Shown here: positions 10,811-18,250 of the stretch, piece by piece
Numbering within the stretch: the stretch's first letter is position 1
How the letters are laid out: each line of letters opens with the position of its first letter
Assembly (NCBI GenBank): GCA_963749975.1
Contig: CAVVOZ010000016.1
Span: 8,496-72,495 of the forward strand
DNA length: 64,000 nucleotides
DNA from: an uncultured Candidatus Rokubacteria bacterium
GTDB lineage: Bacteria; Methylomirabilota; Methylomirabilia; Rokubacteriales; DASRDR01
Direction of reading: 5' to 3'
Program-made: the position numbers and the translations under genes
The notes under the pieces: generated by a model
The model's database searches: none
Seen by the model: only the letters and a program-made list of their open reading frames with translations
What the model was told of the DNA's origin: nothing

Positions 10811-10864
10811 GCCGCCAGCTCGAGCCCCAGCAACGAGAGCATCGGCTGTTCAGCTCGCCGGAGA

Positions 10865-10990
10865 AGGGGCGGGGACCTGACCGCGCTCGCGCTCGACCTC
10901 GGGTATGCGGATCACAGCCACTTCACCAACGCGTTCCGCCAGGAGTGGGGAGAGCCGCCGTCCCGATTCCGCGCCACCCTGGGCTCGCGG
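10865..10990 (+). pseudogene. Remnant of the C-terminal HTH of an AraC-family regulator
   Basis: The frame after the 10808-10810 stop reads ...DLTALALDLGYADHSHFTNAFRQEWGEPPSRFRA, the second HTH of AraC/XylS proteins. There is no start codon and no upstream sensor domain or first HTH. Confidence 0.6.
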
Positions 10991-11039
10991 GTCCCGGACG
11001 AAGGCTCGCGAGATCTTCACGACGATACTGACCGACGTA

Positions 11040-11068
11040 TTGACGTACGTCATCACAGACGTTAGTAT
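11040..11068 (+). promoter_or_regulatory. Sigma70-like promoter with a palindromic operator for vapBC
   Basis: TTGACG (11040-11045), 17 nt, TAGTAT (11063-11068), then 6 nt to ATG 11075 (leaderless geometry). A perfect 12-bp palindrome TGACGTACGTCA (11041-11052) overlaps the -35 element. GACGT(A/T) occurs three times. Confidence 0.55.
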
Positions 11069-11074
11069 GCCGGC

Positions 11075-11284
11075 ATGAGCAAGGCTCGCCGAGTGACTGC
11101 CAACCTTCCCGAAGACCTCCTGAAGGACGCGATGGAGGTCAGCGGCAAGGGGATTACCGACACGCTGGTCGCGGGGCTCCGGCTCGTCCGCCAGAGCCGT
11201 GCGCACGCCATGGCCATGGCCCTCCGGGGCAAGATCACACTCGACGTTGACCTGGATGAGTCGCGTGAGCGGCGTCGTCGTTGA
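11075..11284 (+). CDS. vapB: Type II antitoxin (VapB-like)
   Basis: 69-aa protein directly upstream of, and overlapping, a PIN-domain gene. It has a charged C-terminal tail. Confidence 0.7.
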   Translation: MSKARRVTANLPEDLLKDAMEVSGKGITDTLVAGLRLVRQSRAHAMAMALRGKITLDVDLDESRERRRR

Positions 11285-11651
11285 CACCTCGGTCTGGATC
11301 GATTTCTTCGCAGGGCGACCCATGCCCTCGCTGGAGGATGCTCTGGCACAGGGGAGTGTCGTCCTGTCGCCTCTGGTGGTGGCGGAGCTGGTCAGCGGGG
11401 CGAGACGATCTCGCGACCGTGAATCCATCACCGGTCTGATGCGGGAGCTTCCGTTGCACGAGACTCCGTTGGATCACTGGGTGCGGGTCGGGGACCTTCG
11501 TCGACAGCTGCGCGGACGAGGGCTGGCGGTGTCGACGCCCGATGCCCATGTGGCCCAGTGCGCTCTCGATCGGGGCGCGCTGCTCCTGTCACGAGACGCC
11601 GTGTTCCAGCGAATTGCCGCGATCGGGAAGCTCAGGCTCCAGAGCTCGTGA
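11256..11651 (+). CDS. vapC: PIN-domain ribonuclease toxin VapC
   Basis: VVVDTSVWIDFF (first acidic residue) ...LSPLVVAELV... ...TPDAHVAQCAL is a PIN-fold signature. The gene overlaps the antitoxin 3' end. Alternative start at GTG 11265. Confidence 0.8.
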   Translation: MSRVSGVVVDTSVWIDFFAGRPMPSLEDALAQGSVVLSPLVVAELVSGARRSRDRESITGLMRELPLHETPLDHWVRVGDLRRQLRGRGLAVSTPDAHVAQCALDRGALLLSRDAVFQRIAAIGKLRLQSS

Positions 11652-11676
11652 GTTGGTGCGGACCCGAGGAGGAGCG

Positions 11677-13788
11677 ATGACGCATCGCACGCACGCCTCC
11701 GTCTGCCCCCACGACTGCCCGTCCGCCTGCGCGCTCGAGGTCACGACCGAGGACGGGCGGATCGTCGACGTCGTCGGGGACCGGGCGCACCCGTTCACCC
11801 GGGGCGTGATCTGCGGCAAGGTCCACGACTACGCGGAGCGCGTGTACTCCCCGCTGCGGGTGCTCCGCCCCATGCGGCGCGTCGGGCCGAAGGGGGCCGC
11901 CGACTTCGAGCCCATCTCCTGGGACGAGGCGATCGAGGAGATCGCCCACCGGTTCACGCGGATCATCGCCCAGTGGGGCCCCGAGGCCATCCTGCCGTTC
12001 TCGTACGCGGGGACACTGGGCCGCATCCAGTACTACGCCGGTCACCCGTTCTTCCACGCCCTCGGCGCGAGCCAGCTCGACCGGACGATCTGCGTGTCGA
12101 CCGCCTATGCGGGGTGGCGGGCCACGCTCGGCGTCGTCGCCGGGAACGACTCGGAGCAGATGGTGGGCGCCGAGCTGGTCGTCCTCTGGGGAATCAACGC
12201 CGCCTACACCCACATCAACCTGATGACCCTGGTCAAGGAGGCGCGGGCGCGCGGCGCGCACATCGTCTGCATCGATCCCTACCGCACCCGGACGGCCCGG
12301 CAGGCGGACGAGCACCTCATGATCCGCTCGGGGACGGACGGGGCGCTGGCCCTCGGTCTGATGCACGTCCTGATCCGGGAGGATCTCCTCGACCACGGCT
12401 ACATCGCGCGCGCGACGCTCGGCTTCGAGGCGCTCCGCGAGCACGTCCGCGCCTATCCGCCCGAGCGCGTGGCGGCGATCACCGGGCTCCCCGCGGACGC
12501 GATCGTCGGCCTCGCGCGGCGATACGGCGGGACGCAGGCCAGCTATCTCCGCGTGGGCATCGGGCTGTCGCGGCACGAGAACGGCGGCATGACGTGCCGG
12601 ACCATCGCGTGCCTGCCCGCCCTCACGGGCGCCTATGCTCATCCTCACGGCGGGGCGCTCCTCGGGAGCTCCGGCACCTTCGGCCCCGGCGACACGGTCC
12701 TGGAGCGGAGGGACCTCCTGCCCTCACCCGCGCCGCGCACGATCAACATGGTCCAGCTCGGGCGCGCCCTGACGGACCCGGATCTCCGCCCGCCCGTCAT
12801 GGCGCTCTACGTGTACAACTCGAACCCGGCGGCGGTCTGTCCGAACTCGAGCCTCGTGCTGGAGGGACTCGCTCGCGAGGACCTCTTCACCGTCGTGCAC
12901 GAGCAGGTCCAGACGGACACGGCGGACTACGCGGACCTCCTTCTTCCGGCGACCACGAGCATGGAGCACCAGGACGTCTACCGGTCGTTCGGCCACCTGT
13001 ACCTCCAGCTGGCCGAGCCGGTGATCGCCCCGCGGGAGGAAGCCCGGACGAACTGGGAGGTCTTCGGGCAACTGGCCCGTGCCATGGGGATGCCCGACCG
13101 CCACTACGAGACGCCGCTCCCGGGGCTCATCGACGCCCATCTCCGGGCCGCGGGTCCGGTCGCCGACGGGATCACCCACGAACGCCTCCGCGTCGAGCAC
13201 TCGGCGCGGATCGCCGTACCGCGGCCCTTCCGGCCCTTCGCGGACGGGGCGCCGACGCCTTCGGGGCGCGTGGAGTTCTACTCGGAGACCCTCGGCAGGC
13301 AAGGGCTGCCGCCGCTGCCCACGTACGTCCCGCTCCGGGAGAGCCGGGACAACCCGGCCATCGGCCCGCGCTACCCCCTTCGCTGCCACGTTCCGCCGAA
13401 CCGCTTCTTCCTCAACTCGTCCTTCAGCCAGTCGGCCCTGCTCCGCGCGCGGCAGGGTGGGCCGACGGTGCTCGTCCATCCCGACGACGCGGCCACCCGG
13501 GGAATCGCCGGGGGAGACCTCGTCGCGGTCTTCAACGACCGGGGCCGGGCGCTCTTCACCGCCGTCCTGTCCGACGACACCCTGCCCGGCCAGGTGGTCA
13601 TCGAGGGGATCTGGTGGCACAAGTTCATGCCGGGGGGACGCGGCGTCAACGTCCTCACCTCGGATGGTCTCGCCGACATGGGCGGGGGACCGGCGTTCCA
13701 CTCGACGATGGTGGACGTGGCTCGAGCCGATCCGTCGGAGGCGACCTTCTCCGGCCACGCCCAGCGTGAAGCGCGGCCGGCGGGGTAG
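11677..13788 (+). CDS. Molybdopterin-dependent oxidoreductase (MopB superfamily), stand-alone catalytic subunit
   Basis: N-terminal Fe-S motif CPHDCPSAC, molybdopterin oxidoreductase core, and C-terminal molydopterin dinucleotide-binding domain (VLVHPDDAATRGIAGGDLVAVFNDRGR). GAGGAGG ribosome-binding site. No partner subunit genes are adjacent. Confidence 0.85.
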   Translation: MTHRTHASVCPHDCPSACALEVTTEDGRIVDVVGDRAHPFTRGVICGKVHDYAERVYSPLRVLRPMRRVGPKGAADFEPISWDEAIEEIAHRFTRIIAQWGPEAILPFSYAGTLGRIQYYAGHPFFHALGASQLDRTICVSTAYAGWRATLGVVAGNDSEQMVGAELVVLWGINAAYTHINLMTLVKEARARGAHIVCIDPYRTRTARQADEHLMIRSGTDGALALGLMHVLIREDLLDHGYIARATLGFEALREHVRAYPPERVAAITGLPADAIVGLARRYGGTQASYLRVGIGLSRHENGGMTCRTIACLPALTGAYAHPHGGALLGSSGTFGPGDTVLERRDLLPSPAPRTINMVQLGRALTDPDLRPPVMALYVYNSNPAAVCPNSSLVLEGLAREDLFTVVHEQVQTDTADYADLLLPATTSMEHQDVYRSFGHLYLQLAEPVIAPREEARTNWEVFGQLARAMGMPDRHYETPLPGLIDAHLRAAGPVADGITHERLRVEHSARIAVPRPFRPFADGAPTPSGRVEFYSETLGRQGLPPLPTYVPLRESRDNPAIGPRYPLRCHVPPNRFFLNSSFSQSALLRARQGGPTVLVHPDDAATRGIAGGDLVAVFNDRGRALFTAVLSDDTLPGQVVIEGIWWHKFMPGGRGVNVLTSDGLADMGGGPAFHSTMVDVARADPSEATFSGHAQREARPAG

Positions 13789-13966
13789 CGGCGCTCGCCG
13801 AGGTTCCACGCGCCTCGCACTGGTCTCGGCTGGCGCCTGGCTCAAGGTCAGGCTTATTCCGAGACGATAGATAACATATTGATTGTATGGATAAGAGTCA
13901 CGATTCATCGGTGGTGCCCCAGGGCCGACGTCGGCGCCCTTTCACGGCGGCCCGGCTGCGGGGTCT

Positions 13967-14503
13967 TTGGGAGTGATGGGCGATCGGACGTTCGAGGCGC
14001 TGATGTCTGACCACCATGCGGAGATCTACCGGTACGTGCTCCGGGTGACCGGACGGCGGCAGGATGCCGATGACCTCGCGCAGGAGACGTTCCTGCGGGC
14101 CTTCCGGGCCCACAGGACGCTCCCGCCCGATGCCAACTCCCGGGCCTGGCTCTTCGCGATCGCGACGAACCTCACCCGGAACCACTTCCGGTCGCAGAAG
14201 CGGCGCCGACTGGCCTATGCCGCGGTGGTGACCGAGGTGCGGGAGACGGACCATGAGCGGCCGGACACCGTGACTCTTTCGCAGGAGATCGGGGCGGCGG
14301 TCGAGCACGTCGTCTCCGGGCTCCCGCTCAAGCAGCGCCTGGCCTTCCTCCAGCGGAAGGTCCACGGGCTCGACTACGAAGCGATCGGCCGGAGCCTCGA
14401 GTGCTCGGCCGAGACCGCTCGGGCCCACGTGTTTCAGGCTCTCCGGAAGGTTCGCCGCGCCCTCGAGGGGCGCGAGCTGATCGGGAAGGAGCTCGTGTCG
14501 TGA
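13967..14503 (+). CDS. ECF (group 4) sigma-70 family RNA polymerase sigma factor
   Basis: Region 2 (DADDLAQETFLRAFRAH...AWLFAIATNLTRNHFR) and region 4 (LPLKQRLAFLQRKVHGLDYEAIGRSLECSAETARAHVFQALRKVR). Alternative start at ATG 13976. Confidence 0.9.
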   Translation: MGVMGDRTFEALMSDHHAEIYRYVLRVTGRRQDADDLAQETFLRAFRAHRTLPPDANSRAWLFAIATNLTRNHFRSQKRRRLAYAAVVTEVRETDHERPDTVTLSQEIGAAVEHVVSGLPLKQRLAFLQRKVHGLDYEAIGRSLECSAETARAHVFQALRKVRRALEGRELIGKELVS

Positions 14504-15474
14504 AGCGTAGGGGGGCGAGCTGCATCGAGATCGAGGCGGACCTCGTGGCCGCGGCGATCGGCGAGGCGGACGCCGGCGCCGAGGGCCGCGTGGCCGCGCA
14601 CGTCGCGCGGTGCGAATCGTGCCGGGTCGAGCACGTGAGCTACCAGGCGATCGACCGCGAGCTCGGGGTGATCCGGGAGGCGGCCGTGGACGTCCAGGGC
14701 GTGGCGCGGTCGCGCGAGCGGCTCGACGCGAGGCTCGACGACCTCCGGAGCCGCATCGTCGCCTACCGGGTGTTCGATTCGACGCTGGGGCCGATCCTCC
14801 TGGCGCACTCGGAGCAGGGCGTCGTCCTGCTGGAGTACCTCCACGGCCGGCACGATCTCGGGGCTTCGCGTCTCGCGCGGATGCGTGGGATCGAGGCGGT
14901 CGAGGACGGAGGCGAGTCCGAGGAGCTCTACCGGGAGTTCCGAGCGTACGTCGAGGGGCGGACGCAACAGCTCCCGTGGGCGCTCGACCTCCGGCTGGCG
15001 AGGAGCCCGTTCCAGCGGAAGGTCCTCGAGCGCACCGCCAGCATCCCGTACGGCGCGGTGGTGTCGTACAAGCGACTGGCGAGGGACCTGGGCCAGCCTC
15101 GGGCGGTGCGGGCCGTGGCGCAAGCGCTCCGGTGGAACCCGGTCCCCATCGCCATCCCGTGCCACCGGGTGGTGGGCGCCTCGGGCCTCCTGACGGGCTA
15201 TGCGGGCGGCGAGACCGGTCGGAAGCGGCAGCTGCTCACGACCGAAGGCGTGCCCCTGGTGCCGGCGCACAACGACTTCGCGGTGGCGCGGGGCGCGATG
15301 TACCTGCTCGCGCCCGGCGAGAGCGAGTACTGCCTCCCGAGCTGCCCGTCGATGGAGACACTCCAGTCCGGGCTCCTGACGTACTTCGGCTCCCGGAGCC
15401 GGGCCGAGGCGGTCGGGCTCCACCCCTGCACGAGCTGCCGCCCGGACCTCCACCCCCTCCACGAGGTCAATTGA
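14500..15474 (+). CDS. Fusion protein: zinc-finger (HxxxCxxC) anti-sigma domain + O6-alkylguanine-DNA alkyltransferase (MGMT/Ogt) domains + C-terminal Ada-type Cys4 zinc domain
   Basis: GTG 14500 overlaps the sigma stop as GTGA. The N-terminus carries SC...HVARCESC (ZAS signature). The middle carries FQRKVLERTASIPYGAVVSYKRLA...NPVPIAIPCHRVVG (the PCHR active site of alkyltransferases). The C-terminus carries YCLPSC, 26 residues, then CTSCRP, the same C-x3-C...C-x2-C spacing as the N-Ada zinc site. No hydrophobic transmembrane stretch is visible. Confidence 0.8.
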   Translation: MKRRGASCIEIEADLVAAAIGEADAGAEGRVAAHVARCESCRVEHVSYQAIDRELGVIREAAVDVQGVARSRERLDARLDDLRSRIVAYRVFDSTLGPILLAHSEQGVVLLEYLHGRHDLGASRLARMRGIEAVEDGGESEELYREFRAYVEGRTQQLPWALDLRLARSPFQRKVLERTASIPYGAVVSYKRLARDLGQPRAVRAVAQALRWNPVPIAIPCHRVVGASGLLTGYAGGETGRKRQLLTTEGVPLVPAHNDFAVARGAMYLLAPGESEYCLPSCPSMETLQSGLLTYFGSRSRAEAVGLHPCTSCRPDLHPLHEVN

Positions 15475-16385
15475 GCGAGTCCGATCCCGCGGGTCCGGCG
15501 GACGAGGCGCTGTTTCCGGGGTTCCGCCGGGAGCGGATCCGGACGCGCGAGGCCGAGATCCACACCGTCGTCGGGGGCCACGGGCCGCCGGTGCTCCTGC
15601 TCCACGGGTATCCCGAGACGCATGCGTGCTGGCACCGTGTCGCCCCCGCGCTGGCGGCGCGCTTCACCGTGGTGTGTCCGGATCTCCGGGGCTACGGCGA
15701 CAGCAGCCGGCCTCCCTCGGACCCCGCGCACCGCGCGTACTCGAAGCGCGCCATGGCGGAGGACCAGCGCCAGGTGATGGCGCGGCTCGGGTTCGAGCGG
15801 TTCGCCGTGGTCGGCCACGATCGCGGGGGGCGCGTGGCCTACCGCCTGGCGCTCGATCATCCGGAGCGCGTGACGCGCCTGGCCGTGCTCGATATCGTGC
15901 CCACCGTCGAGACGTGGGCACGGATGGACCGGCGCCTCGGGCTGGAGACGTACCACTGGATGTTCCTGGCGCAGCCCGCGGACCTGCCGGAGCGGCTGAT
16001 CGGCGCCGATCCGGGCTATTTCCTCCGGTGGACCCTCGACAGCTGGGCCGGGCGTCCCGACGCGTTCGACCCGCGGGCCCTGGCCGAGTACCACCGCGTC
16101 TTCCGGGATCCTGACGTCATCCACGCGACGTGCGAGGACTACCGTGCCGGCGCCACGATCGACGTCGAGGACGACGCCGCCGACCGGGGCCACCGGCGCA
16201 TCGCCTGTCCGGTGCTCACCCTCTGGGCCGAGGACAAGCGGGTGGAGCCGGACTGGGACTCGGTCGCCATCTGGCGGGACTGGGCCCGCGACGTCCGGGG
16301 TCAGCCGGTGCCCTCCGGCCACTTCCTGCCCGAGGAAGCCCCGGCCGAGACCCTGGCCGCCCTCGAGCCCTTTCTCATCCAGTAG
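15471..16385 (+). CDS. Alpha/beta hydrolase, haloacetate (fluoroacetate) dehalogenase / epoxide hydrolase-like
   Basis: LLLHGYPETHACWHRVAP...VVCPDLRGYGDS...VVGHDRGGRVAYRLALDHP...YHWMFLAQP...DYRAG...SGHFLPEEAP closely follows the haloacetate dehalogenase H-1 pattern. TTG 15471 overlaps the upstream stop as TTGA. Confidence 0.8.
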   Translation: MSESDPAGPADEALFPGFRRERIRTREAEIHTVVGGHGPPVLLLHGYPETHACWHRVAPALAARFTVVCPDLRGYGDSSRPPSDPAHRAYSKRAMAEDQRQVMARLGFERFAVVGHDRGGRVAYRLALDHPERVTRLAVLDIVPTVETWARMDRRLGLETYHWMFLAQPADLPERLIGADPGYFLRWTLDSWAGRPDAFDPRALAEYHRVFRDPDVIHATCEDYRAGATIDVEDDAADRGHRRIACPVLTLWAEDKRVEPDWDSVAIWRDWARDVRGQPVPSGHFLPEEAPAETLAALEPFLIQ

Positions 16386-16467
16386 CAGCGCTCCCGCCGC
16401 CCTCCTCCCGCGGTTTCACGCCGCCGCCCGAGCGGTGTCTCAACGGGCAAGAGGGAGGAGGCCCCAC

Positions 16468-16848
16468 ATGATGACCGCAGCGATCATGACCTTGACGATG
16501 TCCTCGCCGATCCTCGTGGTTCTCGGACTGCTCGGGCTCGCCGCATGGCGCGACCACCGCCGGGAAGCGGTGATCGCCCGGCAGGTGCGGTTGACCGACG
16601 CCATCGCGGACGAGCTGGGGCCGATCGTGGCCCCGCTGGTCGCCAAGCCGCTGGGAGGCCCGTGGCGGGTCGAGATCCGGGTCCCAGTCGGCCGGCCGGC
16701 AACGGTGAGCCGCATCGTGGCCATCGCCCACGACACCCTGACGCGGGCGGGCGCCGGCCGGTACGAGCTGGTCCTCACCCCGGAACCGGCCGTCGTGCGC
16801 CCGCTCGGCACCGTGGCGCGCCACGCTCGGCGGCTCCAGGCCGCGTGA
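16468..16848 (+). CDS. Hypothetical membrane-anchored protein
   Basis: Strong ribosome-binding site (GAGGGAGGAGG) before ATG 16468. N-terminal hydrophobic helix (MTLTMSSPILVVLGLLGLAAW). No recognisable domain. Confidence 0.35.
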   Translation: MMTAAIMTLTMSSPILVVLGLLGLAAWRDHRREAVIARQVRLTDAIADELGPIVAPLVAKPLGGPWRVEIRVPVGRPATVSRIVAIAHDTLTRAGAGRYELVLTPEPAVVRPLGTVARHARRLQAA

Positions 16849-16859
16849 GGGAGGTCGCC

Positions 16860-17075
16860 ATGCTGGACTTCATGCTCGCCGGTGGGTTCGTGGTCGCGAT
16901 CGCGGGAGTGCTGCAGGCCGCCTCGCGGCGAAAGAGCCGATGCGCGTCGGCCGTGTCGCTCCTCCGCGAGGGGATGGCCGGGTTCGAGGGACCCGACGCC
17001 GAGGCGTTCCGCGCGGAGTTCCGGCGGAGCGGGGTTGCCCTGCCGGAGCGTCAGCGCCCGGCCGGATTCTTCTGA
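16860..17075 (+). CDS. Hypothetical small protein
   Basis: GGGAGG before ATG 16860 and one hydrophobic helix. It overlaps the 3' end of the convergent kamA gene by 25 nt, which lowers confidence. Confidence 0.2.
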   Translation: MLDFMLAGGFVVAIAGVLQAASRRKSRCASAVSLLREGMAGFEGPDAEAFRAEFRRSGVALPERQRPAGFF

Positions 17076-18250
17076 GCCTTCAGGACCGGCAACGGGAAGG
17101 GGTGAGCCGCACTCGCGGCTCGCCCCTTCTGCTTTCTTGGCCTTGGCGCGGAGCTTCCGCGGGACGGGGTGACAGCCGGCCTCAGCGGCGGCGGACCGTC
17201 CGGCTTCGGCAGGATGTACCGGAACGTCTTGCCGGCGTAGTTCCGCAGCACAACCTCCCGATCGGTGACGGACTGCACGTACTCGGGCAGGAGCGGGATC
17301 TTCCCGCCGCCGCCGGGCGCGTCGATGACGAAGTGCGGGACGGCCAGCCCCGAGGTCCATCCCCGGAGCGCCTCGATGATCTCGATTCCCTTGGCGACGG
17401 ACGTCCGGAAGTGCTCTCCGCCCGCGACGAGGTCCGCCTGGTAGAGGTAGTAGGGCCGGACACGGCACTTGAGAAGCTCCTGCATGAGCCGCTTCATGAT
17501 GACCGGATCGTCGTTCACACCCTTCAGGAGGACGGTCTGGCTGCCCAGGGGGCAGCCGGCGTCGGCGAGCCTTGCTAGCGCCGTCCGGGTCGCCGGCGTC
17601 AGCTCGTCCGGATGGTTGAAATGCACGTTCACGAACACGGGATGGAACTTCTTGATCGTCTCGCAGAGCTCCGGCGTGATGCGTTCGGGCAGCTGGGAGG
17701 GAATCCGGGTGTGGATGCGCACGATCTCGACGTGGGGGATCGCCCGGAGCTTCGCGAGGAAGTACTCGACCCGCCGATCCGAGAGCATCAGGGGGTCGCC
17801 GCCCGAGAGGCTGACGTCCCGGACCTCGGTGTGCTGCCGGATGTAGTCGAACGCCGCGTCGAACTGGCCGAGGGGGATCTTCTCGGGATCGCCCACCTTG
17901 CGGCGCCGCGTGCAGAAGCGGCAGTAGGCGGCGCAGACCGGGCTCACGAGGAAAAGAACGCGGTCGGGATAGCGGTGGGTGATGTTCGGGACCGGCGAAT
18001 CGGCGTCCTCGCCGAGCGAGTCGACGATCCCGTCCACCACCTCGTTCTCCTCGGGCGTGGGGACGTACTGCCGCCAGATCGCGTCCCCCGGCTCCTTCAC
18101 GAGATTGAGCATCTCGGGGGTGATGCGGAGGTTGAACCCGTCGACCGCTCGCTGCACGGCTTCCTGGTCGATGTAGTCGACCCCGAAGCGCTTGACGAGC
18201 TCGTCGACCGTGGTCACCGACTCGCGGAGACTCTCTTGCCAATAGGTCAC
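17051..18250 (-). CDS. kamA: KamA-family radical SAM aminomutase (lysine 2,3-aminomutase-like)
   Basis: CAAYCRFCTRR radical-SAM cluster motif, plus ...VSLSGGDPLML...VRIHTR...VNVHFNHP...QTVLLKGVND...YYLYQAD.... The GTG start overlaps the upstream stop as GTGA. The last roughly 50 residues are Pro/Arg/Lys-rich and may not be genuine. Confidence 0.9.
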   Translation of the reverse strand: MTYWQESLRESVTTVDELVKRFGVDYIDQEAVQRAVDGFNLRITPEMLNLVKEPGDAIWRQYVPTPEENEVVDGIVDSLGEDADSPVPNITHRYPDRVLFLVSPVCAAYCRFCTRRRKVGDPEKIPLGQFDAAFDYIRQHTEVRDVSLSGGDPLMLSDRRVEYFLAKLRAIPHVEIVRIHTRIPSQLPERITPELCETIKKFHPVFVNVHFNHPDELTPATRTALARLADAGCPLGSQTVLLKGVNDDPVIMKRLMQELLKCRVRPYYLYQADLVAGGEHFRTSVAKGIEIIEALRGWTSGLAVPHFVIDAPGGGGKIPLLPEYVQSVTDREVVLRNYAGKTFRYILPKPDGPPPLRPAVTPSRGSSAPRPRKQKGRAASAAHPFPLPVLKAQKNPAGR

